Positions 1 to 9,745 of a stretch of 64,000 nt of DNA are shown here, in pieces. The number at the start of each line of letters is the position of its first letter. Position 1 is the first letter of the stretch. The notes under the pieces are model-generated. The model was not told the origin of the DNA. It saw nothing but the letters and a program-made list of their open reading frames with translations, and did not search any database. The translations under genes and the position numbers were made by a program. Source of the DNA: Candidatus Poribacteria bacterium (GTDB lineage: Bacteria; Poribacteria; WGA-4E; WGA-3G); assembly GCA_965197475.1 (NCBI GenBank), contig CBDANF010000002.1:128001-192000 (forward strand), given 5' to 3'.

Positions 1-1551
1 CGCATAACTTATGGGCATCGTTCCTTACATCCCGACCCAATCACTTTGGCATCGGCAGACTTAGATACCTACATCCAAGAACTGCACAATGCAGGTGTCA
101 TTGTCTGTCCAAACGAACGCCTTGATACAATCGAAAAGCAGGTCCGAACCGTTTTAGAAACCGAAGGCTGTCTTCCAAAATTGGATGAAGAATTGCTTGA
201 TACGGTAAACTATCTTGTAGAAAATCCGCAACCGATTGTCGGTAATTTTAGTGAGTCGCATCTGGAAATACCGCCAGAGGTATTGATTACTGCAATGAAA
301 AAACATCAACGCTATTTCCCGATGTGGAAAAGCGATACCGAACTTGCCGCAAAATTCATTACCATTTCTAACGGAACAGACGGAAATATTGATGGTGTTC
401 GGCATGGAAATGAACGTGTCCTCCGAGCAAGGCTCAACGATGCCGAATTCTTCTATAGCGAAGATCAGAAAACCAGTCTTGCTGATAAGGTTGAACGGTT
501 AGGGGCAGTCATCTTTCACGCCAAACTCAGTTCGCTTTTAGATAAAGCAGAACATCTAAAGGCATTAGTTAAGTTTATCGGCACAGAATTGGAATTAACA
601 GAAACGACTACTCACCATGCGGAACGTGCGGCTTGGCTCTGCAAAGCAGATTTAACCACACAAATGGTCATAGAATTCCCATCATTGCAAGGGATTACCG
701 GAAGATACTACGCCAAAAACTCTGGTGAATCTGAAAAGGTAGCAACTGCTATCGCTGAGCATTACCAACCCCTTGGTGCGGACACACCTCTGCCTGAAAC
801 CCAAATCGGAGCGATACTTGCTATTGCCGACAAACTTGACACTATAGTCGGATATTTCGGAATAGAAGAACGTCCAACAGGTTCACAAGACCCATACTCT
901 TTACGACGGCATGCACTTGGCACAATCCGTATCCTGCAAGATCGAAAATTATCGATCTCATTAGATGCGGTTATCCAAAAGGCAATCTCTTTGTACGAAG
1001 TGGAATTAGTTGATGATACAAAAACGAGCGTTCTTAATTTTATCAAAGAACGTCTACGCGTTATCTTGCAAACACAGCAATACGCCCCCGACCTTGCTGA
1101 TGCTGTCTTGGCAGTCGGTGATGTTGACATTACAGATATTCACAAACGTGCAAGCGCACTTGCCGAATTTCGCTTGACACCCAATTTTGAGGACATATAT
1201 AATGCACTCAATCGGGTGCTTAGAATCTTACCCGAAAATGCACCGGAAACTGTTGATGTAGCACTGCTAAAAGACGATGCCGAAAAAGAACTATATGCCC
1301 GCATCACCGATGCAGAACCTGATTTTGATAAAAGCATTAAGGCACGCGCGTATTCGAAACTTTTGAAACAGTTAGCAGAACTACGACCTACGATAGACAA
1401 ATTTTTTGACGATGTCCTCGTTATGGCAGAGGATCCGGATATACGGAGAAATCGATTGGCATTGCTAAATCGTATCGCAAAACCCATCTATACTGTAGCC
1501 GATCTTAGGAAATTGGTAATTGCGGGGAATAGGGCAATTTTATGTTGTTGA
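1..1551 (+). CDS. glyS: Glycine--tRNA ligase beta subunit (5' end outside the window)
   Basis: Frame open from base 1; motifs MKKHQRYF, GNERVLRARLNDAEFF, FPSLQG, PTGSQDPYSLRR, and C-terminal FFDDVLVMAED...RRNRLALL. Confidence 0.97.
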   Translation, partial: RITYGHRSLHPDPITLASADLDTYIQELHNAGVIVCPNERLDTIEKQVRTVLETEGCLPKLDEELLDTVNYLVENPQPIVGNFSESHLEIPPEVLITAMKKHQRYFPMWKSDTELAAKFITISNGTDGNIDGVRHGNERVLRARLNDAEFFYSEDQKTSLADKVERLGAVIFHAKLSSLLDKAEHLKALVKFIGTELELTETTTHHAERAAWLCKADLTTQMVIEFPSLQGITGRYYAKNSGESEKVATAIAEHYQPLGADTPLPETQIGAILAIADKLDTIVGYFGIEERPTGSQDPYSLRRHALGTIRILQDRKLSISLDAVIQKAISLYEVELVDDTKTSVLNFIKERLRVILQTQQYAPDLADAVLAVGDVDITDIHKRASALAEFRLTPNFEDIYNALNRVLRILPENAPETVDVALLKDDAEKELYARITDAEPDFDKSIKARAYSKLLKQLAELRPTIDKFFDDVLVMAEDPDIRRNRLALLNRIAKPIYTVADLRKLVIAGNRAILCC

Positions 1552-1562
1552 GGCAATATTCT

Positions 1563-4500
1563 ATGAAACGATTCACTATTATCTGTATTCATTTCATTCT
1601 TTGTATCGCATTACTCATCGGGTGCGGTGAAAAAGAAGACAAAGCGATTCTCTCGGCAAGGCAAGCAATCGTTCGAGGGGATTATGCAGCCGCAGAGTCC
1701 GCAATTCAAAAATCGCGCGCCAACGATTCAGAGAACCAGGAAGCACTCCATCTCAACCGCTTACTTCAGTTGCGAAATAGCACAGATACGAATAATTGGC
1801 ATCAAGCCATTGCACAAGTCTTGCAGCATCTTGAAACGTTGAATACAGATATTGACGCAATTTCAATACTTGAAGACCCGGATTCAGATGAACTAAACCA
1901 ACAAGAACGGCTTATCCGTTCACGAAATTCTATCTCTGGACTACTCGCAACCGCGCTTGCAATGGCAGTTGAAAAACAGCCAGCACTGCTGTCGAATTTA
2001 GCAGAGCGGGCAGATGCCGTTGTTGTTACAGGGCTATTAGAGGCACAGAAATGTTATCAACCGGCTGTCCACGAAGCGGTTGCCCAACTTTTGCAACAAC
2101 TACGCAGTAAAACAGAAGGCGCAGAGTCCAACTTTGCCACTCTGCTAAAAAACGCTATGCAACATCAAGACCCACAGATACGCAAAGCAGCAATCCACGA
2201 ATTAGGTGCGCTACAAAACAATGAACTCATTCCAACGTATAAATTAATCCTCACCAAAACGGATGAAGCACCGGAAGTGGCTTATAGTGCTATCGTTGCC
2301 GTGGGTACACTCTGCAAACCCGAATTTCAACTAGACCCCGAACTTGTATCAACACTTCAACTTGCAACAAGGAACAATAGCGCGCAAGTCCGAATGCACG
2401 CAGCAAAATTACTCGGCAAGCTCCAAGCAGCAGAAGCGATTGACGATCTAATTAAACTTTTAGCGGATTCCAACAGTTATGTGAAAAGCACCGCTATAGA
2501 TGCCCTTAACAGAATTGGTGAACCCGCGATCGTACCACTTTTGGCTGTGCTTGAAACCGGCGCACGCAACATCATCCCAGACGAAGATGACGGCTTTTCC
2601 GAACGATACCGATATATCGCAAGTGCATATATTGACGATTCTTGGATGAAAAAATACCGTTTGAGGGCACAATCCGCAGCAATTGATACTTTAGGAATAC
2701 TCAAGGCAGAAGTGGCAGTTAGTCCCTTAATTCAACTTTTGGCGAATGAAGATTTAAAAGGTGCAGCGCGCGCCGCTTTAATCTCAATGCGGGGTGTGGC
2801 GGTTCCAGCACTTTTGGACACACTTCAAACCGATGAATTCCATGTGCAGTTAGAGTCCGCAAACACACTCAGCAGTATCGGAGATAGACGCGCTATACAA
2901 CCGTTTATTGACTTTCTAACAGGTGATGCTAACAAAAAGGTTAAAGCCATTGCCGCAAAAGCACTTGGAAACATGCGTGCACGCGGTCCAAACAACGCAT
3001 CTGTTACCGCACTTACCGCAGCACTTGCGCTTGACGATACAACAGCCACGCAAGCAGCGGATGCTCTCGGCAAAATTAATGTCTCCTCTGAAGAAACAAT
3101 TCGCAAATTGATTGCTATTTCAATGGATAAACTGCGTCGCGAAACAGTCCGATCTGCAGCGATCAACGCATTGTGGCAACTGAAATCCTCAAACGCTACG
3201 CAGCCAATGCTGCTTCTCATGTTGAGTGATGAGACGAGTGCTGTCATCCGCGCAAACGCTGTGAAGGTGCTTAGCCGCATTAAAGATACAGAAACCCTTC
3301 CTGCCCTTTTTTGGGTCTTGTCAATGCAGTACGATGAAATCTCTGATTTTCAGCGTCACATGAAACGGAAGTACAAAACACTTGACGCGCTCAGAACCCA
3401 TCTTGATTCTCTGAATATCGAATGGACAGCAGATTATCCGCGTCCCTATTATCGGATTTGGGGTGAACTTAAGCCTATTCCCAGTCTTGTTCGGAGCGAA
3501 GTCGCACACACACTCGGCATTTTCAAAGGCGATACTGTCGTTGAACCGCTGACGAACGCATTAGCAGACGATCAACGGGCAACAGTCCGGCGCAGTGCCG
3601 CATGGGCACTCGGCAGAGTCGGTGGTGATAACGCCGTTGATGCACTGATTACTGCTCTAAAGAAGGATAAACAGGGTGTAGTGCGCCAAGAAGCAGCCAT
3701 CGCTTTAGGCACAATCAAATCGCAGAAAAGTGCTGATCCTTTACTGGATATAATCAGAACTGACAAGTATGAAACCGCACGACTTGAAGCAACGAAAGCA
3801 CTCAGAGAGATAAGCCCTACGCTTGTTGATAAAGGGCTTGTTGACATCATCAAAAAAGGACGCGGCAGCTTTGAAGAAGGTCATGAAGTTCAATCTGTCC
3901 AAAATGAAGTTATCGGTGCACTTTTAACAAATGGGAACGCGACTACTACCAGCTTTCTGCTTGATGCACTCAAATCCGCTAACAATGAATGGACTCGCTG
4001 GGCAATCGTCTATATGCTTGGTGTCATTCATAACAGCGCAGCGTTAGACACGATGCTTGAAGAGTTGAAAAACCCAAGTTATGTCATTCGCAAAGAGGCC
4101 GTTACTCGGTTCGGCGGTTTTAAAGACCGAAAGACAGTGGAACCCTTAATTGCAATCCTTGAAAATCGCGAAGAATCGAAATCCATCCGTGCAGCTGCAG
4201 TTGCCTCGTTGAATGCACTTCGCGACGAACGCACGGCACCAGCACTCCGCGAAGCACTCAACGATGAAAATAGTGCTGTTCGGTTACAAGCTGTCGCTGC
4301 ATTGGGAAGTATAAAAGACGCAAAAGCGGTACCTAAACTGAGCGAAATGGTTGAAAATCAGTTAGAGACTGATGCTATCCGGGCTGCAGCTGTCACTGCA
4401 CTCGGTAACATCGGCGATAAGACTTCAGAAGACCTCCTAATCCGTGCACTTAACATCCGAATCGGCAATATCGCCAATAACGCTATCGTTGCACTTGGAA

Positions 4501-5420
4501 AACTGGAAAGCACAACTGCTGTCCCGCAATTAATTACTATCTTAGAGGATAAACGGGTTGTGTTAGATGCCAGCACGCTTGCATTGGCTAACGCCTCTCC
4601 TCGCATCAAAGCTGCGGGTGCACTCGGTAAAATCGGTGGAACTGAGGCAACAAACGCTCTCGCTAATCGTCTCATTGACGACACAGAGTATATTGTCGCA
4701 CTTGAAGATGAGTGGAACAGACGCAATTTAGCACTTAACGATAGGAAACGGAACTGGAGTTGGGAATTACTTGTCGGCACTGCGAAAAAAATTAATCTAC
4801 CAGAGTTCATTGCAGAAAAAATGCAAGCGCGTGCAGACGATGAATGGGAAAGTAATCCTATCAGAAACGCTGCATCAGTAGCATTGGGACGCACACGTTC
4901 CCTTAATCTTTCACAGATCAGAGAAGCACTATCCGATTCAGATGTAGACACCCGAAAAGATACTACACGTAAAATCGGGGAAACAGGAACGATGGCATTA
5001 GCAGCAGACCTTGTTCTCGTCGCAAACGGAGAAAATGAGGACAATAAAGATGTCAGGCGATTGGCAACGCAAGCACTCGGTGAACTCGCGGATGTTTCAA
5101 CAACCGACCCTCTCATTGCAGTCATGAATAACGATGAAAATCATATTGAAATCCGCAGAGATGCTGCACGCGCACTCGGCAAAATTGGGACCGACGAAGC
5201 GGTTTCAGCACTTGTTGCAAAACTTACCGAGTTGCATGCGGAGCAAACAGAACGTGCATTCCGCATCAATCTGATACAAGCACTTGGAGATGCAAAAAAC
5301 GATAGTACGACGCAGATTCTGGAGACAGTTTTAGAAGACTCAGATGCGGATATCCACTTCCTAGCGGCATCCGCACTCTTTGAGATTACCGGTAAAGGCT
5401 ACGGCTACGATCGACTATAA
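1563..5420 (+). CDS. Large HEAT-repeat (PBS-lyase-like) lipoprotein
   Basis: Signal peptide with lipobox LLIG-C; many VRxxAAxALGxI repeats; ATG at 1563. Confidence 0.85.
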   Translation: MKRFTIICIHFILCIALLIGCGEKEDKAILSARQAIVRGDYAAAESAIQKSRANDSENQEALHLNRLLQLRNSTDTNNWHQAIAQVLQHLETLNTDIDAISILEDPDSDELNQQERLIRSRNSISGLLATALAMAVEKQPALLSNLAERADAVVVTGLLEAQKCYQPAVHEAVAQLLQQLRSKTEGAESNFATLLKNAMQHQDPQIRKAAIHELGALQNNELIPTYKLILTKTDEAPEVAYSAIVAVGTLCKPEFQLDPELVSTLQLATRNNSAQVRMHAAKLLGKLQAAEAIDDLIKLLADSNSYVKSTAIDALNRIGEPAIVPLLAVLETGARNIIPDEDDGFSERYRYIASAYIDDSWMKKYRLRAQSAAIDTLGILKAEVAVSPLIQLLANEDLKGAARAALISMRGVAVPALLDTLQTDEFHVQLESANTLSSIGDRRAIQPFIDFLTGDANKKVKAIAAKALGNMRARGPNNASVTALTAALALDDTTATQAADALGKINVSSEETIRKLIAISMDKLRRETVRSAAINALWQLKSSNATQPMLLLMLSDETSAVIRANAVKVLSRIKDTETLPALFWVLSMQYDEISDFQRHMKRKYKTLDALRTHLDSLNIEWTADYPRPYYRIWGELKPIPSLVRSEVAHTLGIFKGDTVVEPLTNALADDQRATVRRSAAWALGRVGGDNAVDALITALKKDKQGVVRQEAAIALGTIKSQKSADPLLDIIRTDKYETARLEATKALREISPTLVDKGLVDIIKKGRGSFEEGHEVQSVQNEVIGALLTNGNATTTSFLLDALKSANNEWTRWAIVYMLGVIHNSAALDTMLEELKNPSYVIRKEAVTRFGGFKDRKTVEPLIAILENREESKSIRAAAVASLNALRDERTAPALREALNDENSAVRLQAVAALGSIKDAKAVPKLSEMVENQLETDAIRAAAVTALGNIGDKTSEDLLIRALNIRIGNIANNAIVALGKLESTTAVPQLITILEDKRVVLDASTLALANASPRIKAAGALGKIGGTEATNALANRLIDDTEYIVALEDEWNRRNLALNDRKRNWSWELLVGTAKKINLPEFIAEKMQARADDEWESNPIRNAASVALGRTRSLNLSQIREALSDSDVDTRKDTTRKIGETGTMALAADLVLVANGENEDNKDVRRLATQALGELADVSTTDPLIAVMNNDENHIEIRRDAARALGKIGTDEAVSALVAKLTELHAEQTERAFRINLIQALGDAKNDSTTQILETVLEDSDADIHFLAASALFEITGKGYGYDRL

Positions 5421-5434
5421 CGCAGACACGGTTT

Positions 5435-5456
5435 GTAGTCGCGCAATTCATTGCGC
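5435..5456. repeat. GTAG-type REP-like palindrome
   Basis: gtagtc-gcgcaat-tc-attgcgc; GTAG followed by a hairpin, as at other sites in the window. Confidence 0.55.
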
Positions 5457-5562
5457 CTCTCTGAATTTCTTTGAAATTATCTTAGATATAAATGTCTCAA
5501 TAATTACGAGTTTTGAGACCCAGCGGGGCGAAATGTGTATTAATCAGATAAAGGAGATTTAT

Positions 5563-5886
5563 ATAGCTTTTTTTGAATTACGTCAATATCGGACCCAACC
5601 CGGACAACGCGAAAACTGGGTCAAATACATGGAAGAAACGGTCATCCCGTTCCAGATTTCCAAAGGGATGGTTGTCATCGGAAGTTTCATCGGTGAAAAA
5701 GAGGATGACCTCTACGTCTGGATTCGTAGGTTTGAAGACGAGGAGCAGCGCGAAAAACTCTACGCGGCGGTTTATGAAGACGATAGATGGGTAAACGAAA
5801 TCTCTGCACGCGTCGGTGAACTCATTGATAGAACAAAAATCGTTGTTACGCGAATGGAACCGACCTCGCGCTCGCCACACCAATAA
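5563..5886 (+). CDS. NIPSNAP family protein; start codon appears to be ATA
   Basis: FFELRQYR...YVWIRRF; RBS AAGGAG at 5551 is followed by in-frame ATA at 5563 where ATG is expected. Confidence 0.8.
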   Translation: MAFFELRQYRTQPGQRENWVKYMEETVIPFQISKGMVVIGSFIGEKEDDLYVWIRRFEDEEQREKLYAAVYEDDRWVNEISARVGELIDRTKIVVTRMEPTSRSPHQ

Positions 5887-5905
5887 CAGTAACGGAGATG
5901 GTTTA

Positions 5906-6652
5906 ATGAACGCTGAAGAAAAATATCTGTTTGATCTGTGGGGATATGTGAATATAGAAGGTGTCTTAGAGGTGGAAGAGCTCACAGAATTGAACGCTTT
6001 GATTGACGCGCAAGACTATCCTGATCCTGCAGGCGACAACATCCATTCACAACGCTTCGGTGGCTTCTTAAGTTGGGAAAATGATGCGTTTCGGAAACTT
6101 CTCAATCACCCACGCATCATGCCGTGCTTAGCAGAGATAGTAGGTCCAAAATTTCGGCTTGATCATGTTTACGGCATCTTGATGAAAGAAGGCAACCCTG
6201 GTGGAACACTCCACGGCGGCGGCACCCCTTACGATCCATCACAATACTACGTTTTCCGAAATGATCGTATGTATAACGGCTTAACTGTTGTTTCGTGGGC
6301 GTTGACAGACATGCTTCCGGAACACGGTGGTTTCTGCTGCATTCCCGGCAGCCATAAAAGCAATTATCCGTGTCCTCCAAAGTTCCGTCCGGTGAAGGAT
6401 AACAAAACATGTATGGCACCGGTGCATCAGAAGGCGGGCGATGCCGTCATCTTCACGGAAGCGTTGACGCACGGCACCCTTCCGTGGACTGCTACACATC
6501 AACGCCGCTCAATTCTGTTCAAGTATTCCCCAGGGCATGCATCATGGGGACGAGAAAGGTATGACGAAGCACTCCACAACCTGATGACTGATGAAGATCA
6601 GAAGCTTATGCTTGAACCACCTTATGTGTATCACCGAAAACCGGTCGTTTAG
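5906..6652 (+). CDS. Phytanoyl-CoA dioxygenase (PhyH) family protein
   Basis: FDLWGYV, LHGG, IPGSHK and FTEALTHG motifs. Confidence 0.88.
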   Translation: MNAEEKYLFDLWGYVNIEGVLEVEELTELNALIDAQDYPDPAGDNIHSQRFGGFLSWENDAFRKLLNHPRIMPCLAEIVGPKFRLDHVYGILMKEGNPGGTLHGGGTPYDPSQYYVFRNDRMYNGLTVVSWALTDMLPEHGGFCCIPGSHKSNYPCPPKFRPVKDNKTCMAPVHQKAGDAVIFTEALTHGTLPWTATHQRRSILFKYSPGHASWGRERYDEALHNLMTDEDQKLMLEPPYVYHRKPVV

Positions 6653-6910
6653 GTAATTATTTCGGTAAATATTACGTTAGCTGTGTCTACTAAGATAGAA
6701 GAGAGGATTTGCATGAACAACGAACTAACAGTGAACATACACCTTCTTAACAACATTTAGATTTATTAAATTCGTGTAAAATGTTATTCGCTCATGTAAA
6801 AGGTGTGTGCGGTTATTTTTAATAAAGTCAATGACCACGCGGGTTAAAAGTTTTCATTGGCACTCATTCTTTACATGAGCCAAAGAAATTGAACCACAAG
6901 GAGAAACCAA

Positions 6911-7384
6911 ATGAAACGCACTTACACAATACTCGGAATTTTGCTAACTTTATTGCTTTTTGTTTTTTTGGGAAACTTATACTTCGCCAAAACGACAAAA
7001 GCAGACACATTCGTAATAAAAGATTTAGAAGGCAACCCAAGACTTGTAAACGTTGACGGAAGGTTTAGAAAGCCACATCGTCCGTTAGTTGAAGGTGATG
7101 CCCCTTACACACCGACTAAATTGGAATGGCTTGTACTTACTTTGAATTCAAAATATAATAAATTTCATAGCAATTACGCTATCTACTATGAAGCAGATGA
7201 CGGTGGCAATAAAGTTCTTGTGTATATTACGTACGAGGACTTACCTGTAGAAAAACTGAAGGAATTAAATAAGTCAGTACAGATTAATGCATTAGCACTC
7301 GCAAGGCGTTATGGTTGGCAAAATTGGGTAGAAGTGGACGTATTTATTATTGAAAAAGACGTTCCCGAATGTAATGAAGAATAA
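6911..7384 (+). CDS. Hypothetical secreted or membrane-anchored protein
   Basis: RBS AAGGAG; N-terminal hydrophobic helix; 157-aa ORF. Confidence 0.7.
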   Translation: MKRTYTILGILLTLLLFVFLGNLYFAKTTKADTFVIKDLEGNPRLVNVDGRFRKPHRPLVEGDAPYTPTKLEWLVLTLNSKYNKFHSNYAIYYEADDGGNKVLVYITYEDLPVEKLKELNKSVQINALALARRYGWQNWVEVDVFIIEKDVPECNEE

Positions 7385-7524
7385 ATAACCCCAACCCGCC
7401 CAATGTGCAGGTGGCGGCTGCGAAAAGCGCAGAAAAACAGCACTACTCTTCAATACTAAACGGTTTTTCGCGGGAGCCGTAAAATCCCCACATTTCACAC
7501 ATTTTTACAGAAAGGAAAAAATAT

Positions 7525-7602
7525 TTGAAACTTCGTTTTGATGAATCAAAAATTCGCTATTATGCGTCTCAATATGCATATAGTAAACCTCCGCCATATT
7601 AG
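7525..7602 (+). pseudogene. 5' remnant of a gene (MKLRFDESKIRYYASQY...) truncated against the dgoD-like pseudogene
   Basis: AGAAAGGA RBS then TTG; runs into the antisense strand of the dehydratase remnant at about 7571. Confidence 0.4.
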
Positions 7603-8322
7603 CAATCTTCTTCAGTTCGGTGATACCACCTACGTGGGAGGTATCAGGTTGTAAATAAGCAACCGCCTGTTTCTCAAAAACTTCGCGAAAACCTCAGCGG
7701 GTCAGCAGGCGTTCACCGGTAGCAATCGGAAACGGAACATGGTCAGACACTAATTTCAGAGCATCAACGTTTTCTTGTGGAACAGGTTCCTCAACGAACA
7801 TTGGACGCATACCTTAAACGCATCAATCACTGCAGGAGGTTCATGACCACGCTATTTGCCACCGGGACCGCTTTTAAACGCTGTGTAACCGCCTTTTCGC
7901 TGTAAGGATTCAAGTCGTTCTTTTGCAGAGGCTTTTCCTTCGTCAGTTAAGCTGCCGATACCCCAATGTGCATAAACGCGGATACGGTCACGCACAGCAC
8001 CACCTAAGAGTTGATAAGTTGGCACACCGTGATATTTGCCCGCAATATCCCACAACGCCTGATCAATTCCGGACAGGGCAGACATCAAGATGTTGCCGCC
8101 TCGGAAGAATGCAGATCGGTAGACATGCTGCCAATGGTGTTCAATACGTAACGGGTCTTTACCGATAAAATAGTCGGCAAGTTCTTCAACTGCCGCCCAT
8201 GTGCTTTTGGGTTTACCTTCAAGTGTTGTTTCACCCCATCCAACGATGCCGGTGTCAGTCGTAATTTTTACAAGCCGCATCCGACGACGTGGATAAAATT
8301 GTTCAATAGTCGCTATTTTCAT
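7571..8322 (-). pseudogene. dgoD: Galactonate dehydratase-like (mandelate racemase/enolase family) pseudogene
   Basis: MKIATIE...GIVGWGE...DQALWDIAGK; TAG at 7852-7854, internal deletion and frameshift, then PMFVEEPVP...IATGERL, TGA at 7694-7696, QPDTSHVGGITELKKIA; 3' end missing. Confidence 0.88.
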
Positions 8323-8402
8323 TAGAACTTCCTTTACAAGTTTTTCAGCACTGCTTTCAGATCTTTTTACCAACAACCGCCAACCAAATTATAGGAGAAA
8401 TT

Positions 8403-9740
8403 ATGCCTTCACAACCCAATATTCTTTTTATGATCGCTGATGACCATCGGTGGGATGCCATCGCAGGTATGGGCGATCCAACGGTAAAAACGCCAACGAT
8501 GGATTCACTTATGGCACGTGGGACAACGTTCCGACAAACCCATATCATGGGTTCTCTCGTTGGAGCAGTCTGTGTGCCAAGCCGCGCCGCTGTCCTCACT
8601 AGTGCCAATCTTTTCCGTAGCGGTGGGAACCAGATTAACCGAGATTTGGCAGTCTGGCCTCAAGTAATGCGCGAGGCAGGCTATAGTACATTTGGCACAG
8701 GTAAATGGCATAATGACAGACAAACATATACCGATAGCTTCGCTGATGGTGCCAAGATTTTCTTTGGCGGAATGGGCAACCAATATAAAGTGCCCGTTTT
8801 TGACTACGATCTGACCGGTGCATACCCGAAAGAAGCCAAATATATCGGTGATAAGTTTTCTACGGAACTGTTTACGGATGCCACCGTGCAGTTTTTAGAA
8901 AACTACGACCAAACAGACCCATTTTTCCTCTATCTTTCCTTTACTTCACCACACGATCCGCGGACACCACCAGGCGAATACGCGACGATGTATTCACCTG
9001 ATGAGATACCCGTTCCAGAGAACTTCTATCCGGAACATCCGTTTGACAACGGGGAAATGCGAATTCGTGATGAAGTGTTGGCACCTTTCCCGCGCACTCC
9101 TGAAATTGTGCAACAACACATCGCTGATTATTACGGCATGATCACTCATCAAGATGCAGAGATGGGACGAGTCCTGCAGACGTTAGAAGCAAAAGGGCAC
9201 CTTGATAACACTATCATTATCTACACCGCCGACCACGGACTCGCTGTCGGGCAACACGGACTGTTGGGTAAACAGAATCTTTATAGTCACAGTATCCGTG
9301 TTCCATCAATATTCGCGGGACCAGGAATTCCAGAAGGACAAACAATGGACGCTTTGACCTATCTCTATGATGTATTCCCTACCGTGTGTGACCTAACTAA
9401 GGTTGGCTGCCCGGATACAGTAGAAGGTAGCAGCTTAGTCCCGTTGATGGAAGGTTGTGTTGATAAGGTTCGCGATACGGTTTTCGCTGCCTATAAAGAC
9501 ATTCATCGCACTGTCAGCGATGGACGTTGGAAACTAATCCGTTACTATGTCTCTAAAGATACAGGTAAAGGTACGGATTGCATCCAACTGTTTGATTTGG
9601 AACAAGACCCGTGGGAAACAACAAACCTGGCTGAACTTCCCGAACACGCCGAACGTATTCAGTCCTTAGCCACTGAATTGAAAAGATGGCAAACGGAAAC
9701 CGATGATTTCATGAAAGATGTCCCTGTATTGCCTTTGTAA
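8403..9740 (+). CDS. Sulfatase (formylglycine-dependent, choline-sulfatase-like)
   Basis: PNILFMIADD, CVPSR (CxPxR), GKWH, ADHG, LFDLEQDPWE. Confidence 0.93.
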   Translation: MPSQPNILFMIADDHRWDAIAGMGDPTVKTPTMDSLMARGTTFRQTHIMGSLVGAVCVPSRAAVLTSANLFRSGGNQINRDLAVWPQVMREAGYSTFGTGKWHNDRQTYTDSFADGAKIFFGGMGNQYKVPVFDYDLTGAYPKEAKYIGDKFSTELFTDATVQFLENYDQTDPFFLYLSFTSPHDPRTPPGEYATMYSPDEIPVPENFYPEHPFDNGEMRIRDEVLAPFPRTPEIVQQHIADYYGMITHQDAEMGRVLQTLEAKGHLDNTIIIYTADHGLAVGQHGLLGKQNLYSHSIRVPSIFAGPGIPEGQTMDALTYLYDVFPTVCDLTKVGCPDTVEGSSLVPLMEGCVDKVRDTVFAAYKDIHRTVSDGRWKLIRYYVSKDTGKGTDCIQLFDLEQDPWETTNLAELPEHAERIQSLATELKRWQTETDDFMKDVPVLPL

Positions 9741-9745
9741 GCTAA

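Noticed and set aside
4358-5125. 255-aa minus-strand ORF and similar shadow ORFs (30911-31492, 48150-48749)
   Set aside because: Antisense to, or overlapping, well-supported genes; no motifs
6713-6760. 15-codon ORF MNNELTVNIHLLNNI after a GAGAGG RBS
   Set aside because: Too short, with no supporting similarity
7694-7696. In-frame TGA in the dgoD-like remnant (and TGA at 42109) as selenocysteine
   Set aside because: Not a Cys position, and both genes carry other lesions
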